Positions 39,001 through 53,959 of a DNA stretch of 64,000 bases are shown here, in pieces. The position numbers were made by a program, and so were the translations under genes. The notes below the pieces were generated by a model, which was not told where the DNA came from, did no database searches, and saw only the letters and a list, made by a program, of their open reading frames with translations. Numbering within the stretch: position 1 is the first letter of the stretch; each line of letters begins with the position of its first letter. The DNA comes from Octopus sinensis (taxonomy: Eukaryota), in assembly GCF_006345805.1 (NCBI RefSeq), contig NC_042999.1, forward strand, positions 86,490,001 through 86,554,000. Reading direction: 5' to 3'.

Positions 39001-39159
39001 TTTAACATCCATTATTAATTTTACTTGTATATAGCAAAGTTTATGAATAACGTTTCCAAAGATGATGCGGCTTTGGTACGGATTTTCAAAAGCCGTAACT
39101 TACTTTTCAATATCCGCGTTACACCTTACATAACCCGTTGATTTTCACCGTTTGAGAAC

Positions 39160-39193
<34 letters not shown>

Positions 39194-39372
39194 CGGTTGT
39201 ATCAGGTGATATAATTCCGCAACCCTCTTTCGGACATATACAAGAATATATAAGATAAAAATAAAAACAAAACATATTTCCAGCTTTCTGTTGTATAAAT
39301 AATCTCATCCAGCGAAAAACTCAAAAACTCCGATTTGCAACAGGGTAAACCAACATCTTTGAATGCATGTAA

Positions 39373-39436
<64 letters not shown>

Positions 39437-39615
39437 GTGTGCGTATGTAAATCTGTGTGTGTTGGGTTATTTGTGGGTATATCTATCTGTCTCTATCCAT
39501 CTATCTACCTATATATCTGTCTATAGGTATCTATATGCTTATATATATATACATACATACATACAAACATACACACACACATATATATATACGTATATAT
39601 ATATATATAATATAT

Positions 39616-39651
<36 letters not shown>

Positions 39652-39751
39652 CAAGTATATACATGAATGTATATATATATTATATATATATAATATATAT
39701 TGTATAATGTCATATATAGAATATATGACATATTACCCTCAAGTATACGCT

Positions 39752-40161
39752 TTTAAGCTTTTAGTTGTTTCAGTCATTTGACAGTGGCCATGCTGGAGCA
39801 CCACTTTTAGTAGAGCAAATCGTCCCCAGGACTTATTCTTTGTAAACCTAGTACTTATTCTATCGGTCTCTTTTGCTGAACCGCTATGTTACGGGGACGT
39901 AAACACACCAGCATCGGTTGTCAAGCGATGTTGAGGGGGGGGACAAACACAGACGCACAAACACACACAAACACACACACATACACACACACATATATGC
40001 ACATATATATATATATACATACACATATACGACGGGCTTTTTCAGTTTCCGTCTACCAAATCCACTCACAAGGCTTTGGTCGGCCCGAGGATGTAGTAGA
40101 AGACACTTGCCCAAGGTGCCATGCAGTGGGACTGAACCCGGAACCATGTGGTTGGTAAGCA
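39752..40161 (-). mobile_element. SINE family A, near full length
   Basis: Reverse complement is collinear with 48581-49015. Confidence 0.9.
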
Positions 40162-40292
40162 CCTATGTAAAGGACCAGAAGGATGAACATTTAATTTTTC
40201 TATGAAATTAATTTTCAATCTTTTGAATTTATAATCTTTTACAAGTGGCGAATTTCAGTTCATTTAGATTATTATTGCTAATACCTAAGTTT

Positions 40293-40720
40293 GCGAGCTA
40301 TCCCAATCGTTACCGCGCCGGACAAAATGCTTAGCGTTATTTCTTCCGTTTTCATGTTCTGAGTTCATATTCCACCGAGGTCGATTTTGCCTCTCATTTT
40401 TTCTGGGTCGACGAAATAAGTACCAGGTGAGCGCTAGGGTCCATGTCATCGACTAATTCCCTCATTCACTCCCACGAAATTTCTGGCCCTGTGCCAAAAT
40501 TCGAAACTAGTACTACTAACACTGTTACGGAGGTGGGTTGGTACATCCGTTAACGTACTGGACAAAATTCTTAGCTGCGTTTCTTCCGGCTCTTTACCTT
40601 CTGAGTTCAAAAACCACCGCCATCGACTTAGCATTTTTTTCCTTTCGGAGCGATAAAATAGAAGGACCAGTTGAACATTGAAGTCGTTATCGACTTGCCT
40701 TCCCACAAAATTTCAGGCCG
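40293..40720 (+). mobile_element. Two tandem SINE family B copies
   Basis: Each has GGACAAAAT.CTTAGC..TTCTGAGTTCA, at about 40293-40520 and 40530-40720. Confidence 0.7.
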
Positions 40721-40898
40721 CGCAGGACCTTTCAATATGAAGAAGTAACCCGATTTACCAACACAAAATTTATAAGACATCTACATACTTTTGGTATCGG
40801 AGTGTACTGCGCAACTTGTGGGGTTTTGTTTTGCTCGAAAATATAAACAAACGCGACGTGTGTGTGCGTGAGTGAGTGTGTGTGTGTGTTTGTGTGTT

Positions 40899-40951
<53 letters not shown>

Positions 40952-41209
40952 TTTGTGTGTGTTTGTGTGTGTTGTGTGTGTGTGTGTGTGTGTGTTGTGG
41001 GTTTGTGTGTGTGTATGCGTGTGTATCTGTGTGTGTGGATATGTATGCATACACTCACCCAAAAACCGTTTCTTTGTTTTCGATAAAAAAAAATGCAAGT
41101 TACTCAGTATGCACAAATTTGTATATATTTATATACGTGTATATATAGACATATGTACATATATATATATATATATATATATAACTTTTGCATGTATATA
41201 TGTACATAT

Positions 41210-41275
<66 letters not shown>

Positions 41276-41439
41276 TATATACATGCAAAAGTTATATATA
41301 TATATATATATATGAATAAGTGTGTGTGTGTGTGTGCGTTTGTGCGCGCGCATGAGTGTGTAATGCGTATATGCATATACGTGAATGTAGGAGGAGCACA
41401 CAGCAAGTTTGTACCAAAATATAAAAAGGAGAGGAAAAA

Positions 41440-41780
41440 CAAAAACAATTATTTCGTATAAAGAATTCCAGTTTTAAAAGTAAATTTAGTTTTTTTTTCT
41501 TTTTAAATATTTGTCTCCGTCGTTTCATACTGCTCCGCCCATTTTCTTGCTCTTATGAAATGCAGATGCGAACATTCTTTGTCTATTCTTACAACGACGT
41601 TTTCAAATGCCTCTTTAATTTCTACAATGCTTTCATTACAACGGCTTGTTACATTTCTGTTGAGCTGAGTAAAATAAATCAAAACAAAATGAAATTGGCA
41701 CGGTACTGGGTTAGGGTTATATGATTGCTGTGAAAGAATTGGGGAAGTGATTTTGATGAATGCATTCGGTGCAGATACGA
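41440..41780 (-). pseudogene. Mariner transposase C-terminal remnant
   Basis: SYNPNPVPCQFHF resembles YSPDLAPCDFHLF, followed by EIKEAF...GDKY. Degenerate. Confidence 0.5.
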
Positions 41781-42963
41781 TTGTTATGAGCTGGTGCATT
41801 GTTGTGATTAAACTAAATCCCGCTAAATTGTTTTTCTTATCTTTTCTGCTGAAGGCTGTTCTTTAAATTGTTAATTGCTGTAATATAGCCTTGACCAGTG
41901 ATCGTGTTGCTTACAATAGGTTAATATGATTAATAACTGTAAGGATCGTATAGTGCTCTTGCCACAAGCAAGGCAATGTTTGCCAGAGTTGTTTAAGTAC
42001 TGGGTAGAAAACTTCACAGTATTTGTTCCAAATCTCCCCGCTACGAGTTTGAATCCTGCTGAGGTTAAAATTGTCTTTCATCCTTTTAGGATCGATAAGC
42101 AGCAATTCGAAGCGGTGGGTTTGCAGAACTGTACGAAGAGTAGCCGGTATGTGTTGCGGTATTTGATCAAATGACTCTTTGCGTTCTGAGTTCAAATCCC
42201 ACCATAACTTACTGAGTTGATCGCTCACCAAATTTAACATTAACAACACGTACCTTGAATACCGTAAGCGGATTCTACTCTACTGTCAAGCATTTTAGAC
42301 GGTACCAGTTTGAGGATTACTTCCTTCTTACCACTAGTCTCAGCTGCTCTGTAAACTGCTACGACCACTGCCTTTCCATCAAACAAGAAGATAAAGAAAA
42401 TTAAAGAAATGATTTTGCTATTATTGGATTTATCCCGTCTCATGCTCCCTACAGTCGGACTTTCTGAAGGGCACGCTTAACAAAAAATTACTTTGAATTA
42501 TTTTAGTAGTGCAGCACGTTTCATGATTAGCCATGTCTCAGGCAACCTACTTCTCAGAAAAGGTTACCAATACCTACTTTATCTCGACATTCTATTGATT
42601 ATTGTTTTTTGCTGAATCTTACAAATCAAAGGCATATTTTTGAATATTAATGTGAAAAATATTCCTGAGGTCGTTCTCCATGTTAGTTTTCGTTCGGTTT
42701 CCTTGTATGTCTCCACTGTCCTGTTTTCGTTACTATCTTTGACTCTCCATATAGCCCATATTTCACATTTGGCCTTCGAAGACTCATATTGTCGTTCAAT
42801 GTTCGAAATGAGGAGTAGATGGACGGCCAAGAACTAATGAAGGATCGTTCTTTATGTTACTTGTCCTGTTTTCCATTAGTTTCACTTGATGTTTGTGTAT
42901 TCAACTCATTTGTTTCGTATTTCATGTTGTTTACGGTTTGTGACATCCTGTACCCATATATGC

Positions 42964-43002
<39 letters not shown>

Positions 43003-43051
43003 TACACACACACACACGCACATAAATATGTATATGCATGCACATATATTA

Positions 43052-44139
43052 TCTTTATATATATAAAACTGACAATGTGTGTCTGTCTGTGTGTTTCCCT
43101 AAAACTTTGAACGTTTTGCCTAGGACGAGCCCACAGCAATATCATATCTTCTCCACTACGATTTCCTAAAACTTGAGAACTACACAACCAATTTCTTTCA
43201 AATTTTACACATGCCTTACTTAGGGTCCATGTAGTTTCATGGGCAAAAAAATGTTCAACTTCTTGCCTAGAGCGAGCCCATAGCAATATCATATCTTCTC
43301 CACTATTTCAGTATTACGTGTTAAAAGTGAAACAAAAACATTTCTCTATTTTATGTCAGATACTTTCACTTTAACAATAAAAATAATAATAACAATTGAA
43401 TTATATGTAGTAAGTAATAATTAAAATCAAACTAAAGTATAATATAATCGTAACATAAAAGTAAAAATAGCAATGGGTATAAAATTTGAACTTGAACTTG
43501 AATAAGTGCTTTCACATGAATGGGAATAAATTAAAAATAAAATTAGTGTGCAGAAATGGAATAGTCCAGATGGATAATGAAAAATTAAATTAAAGAAAAG
43601 ACTATTGTCTATAAAGTATACAATGTAGAGAAAAAAGAAAATTATTTGAACACATGGAGGAAAGCACCTTCGAAAACTCTCTTGGTGCGACTATGAAAGA
43701 TATTTAATCAGAGGCGGCAAATTCGCCACAATAGAAGCAAGGTTCGAGTCAACGGAGCGTGCAAAGGAGTACTCGACTCGAACTTGCAAAGTGGAAATAT
43801 TATATTTTCACCTTTATATCTGGGACGTAGGACGTCCCGGAAAAAAAATTTTTTAATCCCCCCCCCCCCCAGAAGTAGAGGTAGGCTGGATTGTAGCCAC
43901 ACTTCTATACAAGAGGGAGGACAAGATACAATTGATCGAAATTACAAGAGACGGGCTAACAATTCCAGTCTGTTATATATTTTGAGTATTGTTATCACTA
44001 GCGATATCAAGATATAACTTTGTATTTTGTATTTTATGTGTAGATGTATATATATAGATGTACATGTAATACGTATACATATATACACATATATACATGC
44101 ACTAGCACTACGACCCGAACGACGGGTCTTTAATGCTAG
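43052..44139 (+). mobile_element. Non-autonomous Helitron, complete termini
   Basis: A|TCTTTATATATATAAAA start. 3' hairpin GACCCG-AACGA-CGGGTC, then CTAG|T. Confidence 0.85.
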
Positions 44140-44148
44140 TATATATAT

Positions 44149-44195
<47 letters not shown>

Positions 44196-45152
44196 TGTGT
44201 GTGTGGTGTGTATGTGTGTGTGTTTAATTAACGTGAGAAAAGCATGCAATAATTCTTGTTTGAAATTGAATCTCAAAGTACATATACTGATATAATAATA
44301 ATAATATTTTTCAATCTAATAGTTACACGCTAATATTTATAGAGAAATATATACATATACACATGTACAAAAGTGTGTGCGTGTGTGTGTGGGGGGGATT
44401 CATTAAATACGCGATTATGTTCAAGTTTTATTCTTTAGATTTTTCGTACATTTTATTTAAGTTTTACAATTCGTTCGGAAAAATAAAGTGTCCTAAGTCC
44501 ATATCCTTTTCCACCAAAGGTTTTTGATGTCAGCATTCAAGTATTGATTTTTTTCTTCGTGGTCAAAATTTGCCCATTAGATTTTCGTGCTAGTAACCTC
44601 GTGCTAATTGTTTGAAGTATGTGATATTTGGGTGCTTATTTTGACGTTTTACTGGCGTTTTACACGTGGCTATTGGCATGAAAAGTCAAGTTCGAAAATT
44701 GACCCCAATAAGCAAATCAACACGTGACTGTTAATATGAGAGCCTGACGCTCAGGAAACTTTTGGCATAAACGCCTACATGAATTCAACCAGTATATATA
44801 TATTCAACCAGTATATATGGGAAATGCAGACGTCAAATATATACAAATCATGAAAATGAGACTATGAAGATCTGGAAACGTCGAATATGAATTTAGGAAC
44901 CTTATTCTTTCAAACAGACTGTAAAAAAACAATAAGAAAGAATGAAAAGTCTAAAATAAGGTAAACTTTGAATACAATTTATGAAATGTATAAAGGGAAA
45001 GATGTTCCTTGTGATTGCAAATATATACGTGTGTATGTGTGTGAGTGTGTGTGTGTGTGTGTCTGTTTGTATGTCCGCGTATGTGTGTGCGTGCGCGCGT
45101 GTGGGTATATACATTGATGAATACATTTACATACATGTATATATATATAATG

Positions 45153-45187
<35 letters not shown>

Positions 45188-45348
45188 ATGTATATAATAT
45201 TTATCTATATATATGTATATATATTTATGTACATATTTACACATATATGTAATCATATTTGTATATGTATATATGTAAGTATATATATATATATATATAA
45301 TATATATTAATACACACATACACACATGCACACATCAATATACATATC

Positions 45349-45419
<71 letters not shown>

Positions 45420-46026
45420 ATTTAAGAGGAGAAAAGGAGAAGAGAGAGAGAGTGATTCCCTTACATACATAGAATCTCTTCTTGTTTAAGAGGGCGTGAA
45501 TTGCTGACGTGTTTTTCCAGAAATATCTGTCTCTGTCTACATAATTCTGTGTCTACTTTTCTCTGTATCTCCCACTCATAATCCCATTCTTCCATTTCTG
45601 ATTTTTGGTGCGAATGTATGTATACATGCATGTATGTATACATGCATGTATGCATGTGTGTATATATGTATAAAATACAGGCACACACCCATACAAATAT
45701 TGATACACGTATTTTTGACGTGTGCATATGTGTATACACACACATACACACACACCATACATACACACACACATATATATATATCTACACATAATATACA
45801 CTTTTGAATAAATGCTTTGCGTACATACGTACTGATATATATGCACACATACAGTCGTACATACGAAAAGCATACACACACATATGTATATGTTTGTGTA
45901 TATGCGTGTGTATGTGCGAATGTGTGTGTGCGCATGCATACATATTTGTACGTATGCGTGTTTGATTATGTGTGTATATATGTATACACAAATAGATATA
46001 TACATATACATATATACATACACACA

Positions 46027-46072
<46 letters not shown>

Positions 46073-46372
46073 ATAGGCAACAGCTACATATACTCAGAAT
46101 ACAAGTAATGTAGTATTGCTGGAATGAATTTGAACTTAAACTCCGAATTCTTTATCTGGAATTAGGCTCACGGCGTCATGAGTGGCTATAAGAGAAATAC
46201 AAGGCAAGCTGATATTGAGATATTGATGAAGATACACACAATTACACCCCCCCCCCCATACACGGATACATGTGCGCGCACACACACATAGATATACATA
46301 GATATACATAGCTATATATAACTGCTTCTATTCATAAAGATAAATACATATATACATATACATATATGTATA

Positions 46373-46520
46373 TAGTTGAAATTCATGGAAAACGAAAGAC
46401 GAAGGCAGGTGTCTGAACAACAAGCAGGTTTACATAGTTTGACGCTCGGGAAAATGAAAAAGTCTTTTACATTTCGAGCCGACGCTCTTCAACAAAAAGG
46501 AGTAAGAGAAAAAAAACTTC
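46373..46520 (-). mobile_element. Penelope-like pseudo-LTR fragment with a decayed hammerhead
   Basis: Reverse complement TTGAA GAGC-GTCG-GCTC GAAA TG TA AAAG, same layout as the 38073 motif. Confidence 0.5.
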
Positions 46521-46654
46521 TATATTTAACAGTCAAGTTTATGTATGCATATATATAAATATATTTATATAGAGCATAAAAGTTAAAGAATACTAAAAAG
46601 AAAATATATCATTTCTTAACTTGGCAGTTGTTTCAGGAAGCTGCTACGAAATTT

Positions 46655-46863
46655 GTAGCCAAATTTCGTAAGAGTTTGAGGGGAGGGAGCAAGTCGATTA
46701 CATCAACTCCAGAACTCAATTGGTACTTATTCTATCAACTCCGAAAGGATGAAAGGCAACGTCGGCCTTGGTGAAATTTGAATTCAGAACGTAAAGACGG
46801 ACGAAATACCTCAGTGTTTTGCCCGGTTTGCTAACGATTCTGCTAGCTTAGCTCGCTGCCTTA
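46655..46863 (-). mobile_element. SINE family B
   Basis: CCGAAAGGATGAAAGGCAA..AATTTGAATTCAGAACGT..CTAACGATTCTGCTAGCT. Confidence 0.8.
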
Positions 46864-47055
46864 GAGTGAAATATGATACTAATGACATTGAAGTGCTGTT
46901 TTGATACGAGGCAGTTGGCAACTCGGAGTAAACAATTGTTGAAAACTAGATTTTTCTACTGGTGTTTGTTGTAGCTGTTGTTGTAATGTGGATACATGTA
47001 ATAATAATTCAAGATATATATTAAAATAAATTTATGGCGGGAATGTGTAGGAAAA

Positions 47056-47438
47056 AGCGTAGCTGCGTGCTGAGAAGCTCACTTCCCAGCCACATGGTTC
47101 CGGGTTCAGTTCTACTGCGTGGCGTCTTATGCCAATATCTTCTTTTGTCTAGGGTAGACCAGAACTTTGTGAGTGGATTTGGTAGAAGGAAGCTGAAAGA
47201 AGCCCGTTGTGTATTTATATATATATATGTATGTGTGTGTTTGTGTCTTTGTTGGTCTCCAACTGGTGTTGGTGTGTTTACGTCCCCGTAACTGAGCGGT
47301 TTGGCAAAAGAGACTGATAGAATAAGTAGCAAACTTAAAAACAAAATAAGTGCTAGGGTCGATTTATTCGACTAAAAGATCTTCAATGCGGTGCCCCAGC
47401 ATGACCGCAGTCTAATGACTGAAACAAATTAAAGATAT
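47056..47438 (+). mobile_element. SINE family A, near full length
   Basis: CCACATGGTTCCGGGTTCAG...GACTGAAAC. Confidence 0.85.
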
Positions 47439-47649
47439 TATACTGGGACACTATTGTATTTCTGGAAGCTGGTTAAATTTGTAGAGAAACAACCAGAACC
47501 ATTGTTTGGCCGGAGATCAATAAGAGATATTCAAATTTATCCATATTATATACAATCGCAACAAAACCATAGACTATGAATTGTCAAAATACCATTGAAA
47601 CTGCACACAAACTAAATCTCTATCTCTCCTTTTTCTCTCTCTGTCCCCC

Positions 47650-47681
<32 letters not shown>

Positions 47682-48580
47682 ATATATATAACATATGGTC
47701 TATACACATATATATGCGCATAGACTACTTCAAAGCGCTCCAATAAATGTAACATCAGCTGTATTAAAACCATGAATATATTTCTGGAGAAGCAATAACG
47801 TTACGTTCAGTTATTTTATATGATTTTATATTAAGTTATATCACCCCGAAACCTAGTTTGTGGACGATTCTAATGAATTCTTCCATTTGTATTTTTGATA
47901 TTTTCATCTCTGAATACAGCTAAAGTTGTATTGGGTTGACCCAGTCAGGAGTAGATATTCTAGACATAAATTGGTATGATTTGACTTTATATATAGTTTC
48001 AGTACATAAAAATAGAATTTTAATATATATAATATATATAAATATAATTTCAACTATATTTTTGACACAGCGTGGCTTGCCGGTTTGTTACCGCGACAGT
48101 ATATAATCTGGCTAAATTTGAATCTTTCTTTTTTCCAGCAGACGACGATTTCCCGTTGCATCTCAACGAATACAACCCAGTTCCAGGAACAATATTCTAT
48201 CCTGATACAATATATTTCTCACTTTAATATAGATACCTTCAATTATATTGTGATCTAGTCAGTTTACCAATTATATTAAAGTTTTAGTATTTTAAACTTA
48301 TTTCAAAGAGAAGTATGTGCGTCTATGCGGGCACACATACACATACACACATATATATATATACATACAAATATAAACATATATATATACGCATATATGT
48401 GCGTGTGTGTGCGCGCGTACAAACGGATAATTTTCATTTACAGGGTATTGTTTTTCTTTTCATTCAAGGAATAATATACACTGACTTCAGATAGAAAAGG
48501 AAGGAACACCACAGAAAAAAACCCGTTGCTTCGGTTCGTGATTTTAGATCTAATTAAGGGTTTACAAATTTATAGTTTCT

Positions 48581-48751
48581 GGCGCAGGAGTGGCTATGTG
48601 GTATGTAGGTTGCTTACCAACCACATGGTTCCGGGTTCATTCCCACTGCACGGCATCTTGGGCAAGTGTCTTCTACTATAGCCTCGGGCCGACTAAAGTC
48701 TTGTGAGTGGATTTGGTAGACGGAAACTGAAAGAAGACCGTCGTATATACG

Positions 48752-48808
<57 letters not shown>

Positions 48809-49015
48809 TTACGTGTTTGTGTTCGTTCCCCCAACATCGCTTGATAACCGATGGTGGTGTGTTTACGTCCCCGTAACTTAGCGGTTCGGCAAAAAGAGAC
48901 CGATAGAATAAGTACTAGGCTTACATAGAATAAGTCCTGATGTTGATTTACTCGACTAAAGGCGGTGCTCCAGCATGGCCGCAGTCAGCTGACTGAAACA
49001 TGTAAAAGAGTAAAA
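48581..49015 (+). mobile_element. SINE family A, full length (OR/OK-type octopus SINE from memory)
   Basis: A box TGGCTATGTGG, B box GGGTTCATTCCC, CORE-like TCTTGGGCAAGTG, internal (TA)(TG) tract, 3' GACTGAAACATGTAAAAG. Confidence 0.92.
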
Positions 49016-49418
49016 CACGCACACTCACGCACGTACACACACGCGCGCGCGCACGTACACTCTCTTACACACACACACACAAATATTCCTGGCAACTGGT
49101 ACGTAATATATATATATATATATCCACGTATGCATCACATGTGTGTGGTATGTTTATGCTTTGTTATGCGTATGTTGCTATAAGATTAAACGTGTATATT
49201 TGTGCATATAATCATGTGCATACAAATCAGTATATGCATGTGCACGCGTCTAAATACGCACTCGCGCGCGTGCATACACACGCACACACACTTATATAAC
49301 AATATTACAGCGTGTCTGTGTGTGCACATGTGTGCATGTGGTGCGTAAATACATGTACATTTACGCACGTACGTACGCATTTATGCTTACACACACATAC
49401 TTTTACATAAATGAATGA

Positions 49419-49450
<32 letters not shown>

Positions 49451-49716
49451 GCATATATATCTTTACCTCTACCTATCACTCTCTCCTCAGATTTCTTTTT
49501 GTTTTGTGTGTGTTCATCTTCCCATTCTTCCTCACCTCCGCCCATCTCTCCACCCTTCTGAAACTATCGATTCACAATTATATCAATGCAAATAGACATA
49601 ACATACGCATTATCATATCTGTTTACATGTTTGTTTAAATGTACGTAGTTTATGTATATATGAATATATGATACATATATATATATATATAGTATATATA
49701 TATATATATAATATAT

Positions 49717-49753
<37 letters not shown>

Positions 49754-50056
49754 GTTGTGTGTGTGTGTGTGTGTATATAAACACTGATAGGCATATTAAA
49801 TTATGATATATGCAGAGACAGGGGCGGGGAATAGAGGAGGAGAGGAGAGAGAAGAAAGTCAAAAAGGAAAACGAACTGGGTGGAATGTTTTTGCTTGTGA
49901 GAGACTGGAAACGATATATTCGTGTGCATGATTCTAAGTGGCTGTTTGTATGTGTATTCGTCCCTATCTCCCTTTTTGTATGCGTTTTTTTATTGTATGT
50001 ATGTATGTATGTATGTATGTATGTATGTATGTATGTATGTATGTATGTATGTATGT

Positions 50057-50300
50057 GTGCTTATAGATATGTATATGTATGTGTAAATGTATGCATGTAT
50101 GTATGTATGTATGTATGTAGTGTGCATATAGATATGTATATGTATGTGTAAATGTATGCATGTATGTATGTATGTATGCATGTGTGCATATAGATATGTA
50201 TATGTATGTGTAAATGTATGTGTAAATGTATGTGTAAATGTATGTATGCATGTGAGCATATAGATATGTATTTGTATGTGTAAATGCATGTATGTATGTA
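50057..50300. repeat. Minisatellite of about four 62-70-bp units built from microsatellite motifs
   Basis: Each unit starts G(T/A)GC(A/T)TATAGATATGTAT(A/T)TGTATGTGTAAATG. Confidence 0.85.
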
Positions 50301-50369
50301 TGTCTATGTATATGTATGTTTTCCTTTATATAGTCTCATATATACATACATACATACATACATAGATAC

Positions 50370-50416
<47 letters not shown>

Positions 50417-50443
50417 AAATATATATATATATATAATATATAT

Positions 50444-50475
<32 letters not shown>

Positions 50476-50576
50476 CAGCCATACATATATATAAGCATGT
50501 TTGTGTAGTTTATATTCTTGTAGATGAATGTATACGTTGCGCACGCGTTGTACATATGAGACGACTGTGTTTTGTA

Positions 50577-50632
<56 letters not shown>

Positions 50633-51467
50633 TAACGATGACAACTTCTTCACATTTGTGCCCCTGAAAACCATATAATAAAAAAAAATTGAATCATTGG
50701 CATAAATAATAAAGAGTCACAGCAAATAAACCAGCCCCAACATAACATTGCTTTTGAAATACTTCACTTTATATCTCTCTCTTTCTTTCATTCCCTTCTC
50801 ACCCCTTTTCCTTTCCTGTTTTTTTTTTTTTTTTTTGCTTTTTATCCAATGTTAAATTATTCTTTCTCCTCGCCAGCTCGTTTAGAGTTGAAACCGTGAA
50901 GTGGGTCTTTAAGCCTTACTTGGCTTTTTCTGATTAAAACAGGAAAATAAATAAATAAATAAACATGATAAAAGATTTTTCGTTTGATCTTTAATGTTTG
51001 GCGTATTAATAAAATTCTGTCAATATTTTTCACAATTTTCACAGTACCATTACTCATGTGGATGGTGAATCAGACACTGCATGGCGCTAGTCATATCGGG
51101 CACCCAGCCCTTCCCGCAATTTTCAAAGGAAGCAGTGTGTGAGGAATCGTAGTCGGAGCATGTTTTTTAGTGACTCAGTTTTTTACCATTGAAACATTGG
51201 GGAAAGGAGGATTTTTCGGCTAAAAGATATGGAAAACACATGATCAAGCAGAAAGAAAATGTTTTTGAAGAAATGGAGACAGTGAGTGAATAACTTAAAA
51301 GGTGAGACAGAGAAAGCAAAAGAGAAAAGAAAAGAAAAAAATATTTAAAAATGTACGAGAATAAAATCTATATAGATGTAAAGAGAGAAAACAATGGTAA
51401 ATGCAAATAAAATAAAATTTTCAGGAACTTTGAAGACAGGTTAAAAAGAAGCCAGTGGAAACCAATC

Positions 51468-51505
<38 letters not shown>

Positions 51506-51859
51506 TAATAATGATGATGATAATAACAACAGAATAAACAATTTTGATTAAGAAAATTAAGGTGGGAAAACTTATAAAAGAAGAAACGAAATAAAGCCAT
51601 AGAATTTTTGATATTGCAAAGTGAGATGGAAAATGATATATTGGTGGAATAAATTGTATTTTAAAGTGAGTGGGGGTACCTGAAGAATCAAAGATATTAA
51701 ATTTCATCAGGTTATTATTTGCTGTTGTTGTTGTTGCTGCTGCTGTTGTTCTATACTAAATCGTATCTTAAAAACAAAATCTTACAACTCATGCATAATT
51801 AGAGAGCGGAGTCTCAAGTAAAATATTAAGGTGCAAACTTTGAGCAAATCAAATGAAGA

Positions 51860-52130
51860 CACATAGCAGTTATTAATATCACAGTGTAACCCGATTTTTA
51901 TCCTTGCTTACCCCTAGAAAGTATGAAAAATGGCTAATATGTCCTTCAAACTTTGCCTTAGTTCCATTTATTCAAACACCAAAGAATCCCTCTCAACTCA
52001 TGGCTAAGATGTTACCCCACTTCTCCTGCTTATGATCAGAGATGCACATATCGCCAGCCACTAAGGAGCTTGCTCAAGCAAGTGACAAGCAAATCTGTGG
52101 TATTATTGAGCAGAATATTTTTGCTATAAC
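51860..52130 (-). mobile_element. Fragment of the repeat also found at 53960-54460
   Basis: Shared TGATCAG.GATGC.CATATCG.CAGCCAC.AAGG and TGACAAGCAAATCTGTGGTA. Confidence 0.55.
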
Positions 52131-52394
52131 GATATTTCTGCCGCAGCATCTCAGCGCTGAATCTGCTGAAAATGTAACGGAAAATAGGTCAGTTTCAAAA
52201 CATTGATGTCCAGGTTACAAAAGCAAAGTTTGAAGGGAATAGTAATTTCCTTTGGTTTTTAGATAGAAGCAAATAGGAAATAACACTTACTGACCAAATA
52301 CCAAAGAAAAAAATTGTACATTGATAATTCGTTAAAGGTGATTCAGCGGAGAGGCATCGTAGGACACTGGATTGAATGTATATCAGTATTTAGC

Positions 52395-52570
52395 CTTCCT
52401 CAGCTGGCAAATATGAGTTGTAGATATAGCTCAACGGGCCAGCCTTGTTACATTCGGGGAGAACTTCGTGTTAATGGAGTACTCAGCCACTTGTACGTTA
52501 ATTTTGCGTTCAGGCTGTTCCGTTTATCGAATCAACTGGAAACCTATTCGTCGTTACCAACTAAGTGTCT
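52395..52570 (+). mobile_element. SINE 3' fragment
   Basis: CTCAGCTGGCAAATATGAGTT..TACTCAGCCACTTGTACGTTAATTT..CAGGCTGTTCCGTT. Confidence 0.45.
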
Positions 52571-53219
52571 AGGCATTTAGTTCTATTTATCTACGTTCAG
52601 TTCTTCGGGTCGAAAAGCTGCAATTGTAACAGAAAAAATTGATGGGAATATATGTTTGATATGCTTGCTGTTTGTGAATCTTTTATATCTTATGATCTCG
52701 TTCTAAGATCTTCATTTTTGTAGGGTTGAACTTGTCAGAGTTGCTTGGTTTGTGACGGTTTTGTTGTTTGTATTATAACAAATATTCGTATTGTATGTTT
52801 GTCTTTCATTGGGAGTCTAATTATGGCTGGGATAATACTTAATTAGAGTTTCTAGCTTTGAGGGGTTTTGTGGCATGTAATTGAACGGATTCGAATAAAA
52901 CTAAGGGACGAGTTTGACTGTGCAAATTTTAAACTCTTAAGGAAGTATGGATACCACAATATCCCATTTCCGAAACAGCTCCAAAATTTAATGGGTTAAA
53001 TTCATTAAGCACTTATTTACACCACGACGTTAAATTTTGTTTAACACAGTTTAAGATGAAATTTTTGGTAATAATTTAAATTATATATTTCTGTGACAGT
53101 TCTGTTCTAAACGATAATTTGATATCAGGCAAAGGAACATTGTAAGATAAAATACATCTATTATCCACTTGTAGAGCGAGAAAAACTGACATGCAAAATC
53201 GCACAAGCTTTGAAGTTTA

Positions 53220-53222
<3 letters not shown>

Positions 53223-53289
<67 letters not shown>
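53223..53289. repeat. (TG)n microsatellite
   Basis: About 33 perfect units. Confidence 0.97.
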
Positions 53290-53293
<4 letters not shown>

Positions 53294-53959
53294 ATGGTGT
53301 GCATGCGTATGTATGTATGTATGTATGTATGTATACATGCATGTTTTCCGTCCTGCTGAGACTCTAAAAATAAACTGGGGTGTTTTTCTTACACCAAAGT
53401 ATCGAATATGTTGCAAGAGAGGAGCTTTACGTGGTCGCCTGACCTGCATGTTGTAGCAGCTAAATCTCCCTCAAATTACACTCTATTGTCTTAATTAAGG
53501 GAATGAGTGCATTGGGTAATCTTATTCTACATCTGCTCTTAAAAAATTGGAATGATCATAGGTTGGATGCTTTTGTTCATGAGTCTGTATTATTGACTGT
53601 TTCCACATTGTAAGTTTTTTCACATTACTTGATATTCCTATTATTCGATATTTTCACATCATCATATATTTATTTATTTATTTATCATTGATTAATTCTG
53701 TATTATTTATCTATTTGCAATATTGTTGATTATTCCTATATTATCGGTTATTTCTCTATTACTAGATATTTTTTAATTATTCCCTTGTTAGTTCTTATAT
53801 TACTTCCTTACTATGTCTGCATTATTTCACGATTATTTTGTGTATTAGGAATTCCTTCCAGTAATATTATTACAACATTCATTACTTGTGTACTTTACTG
53901 TATAGTATCTCTAATAATAAATTTTTAAGTTAATATTTATTGCAACATTTTTCTTTATT

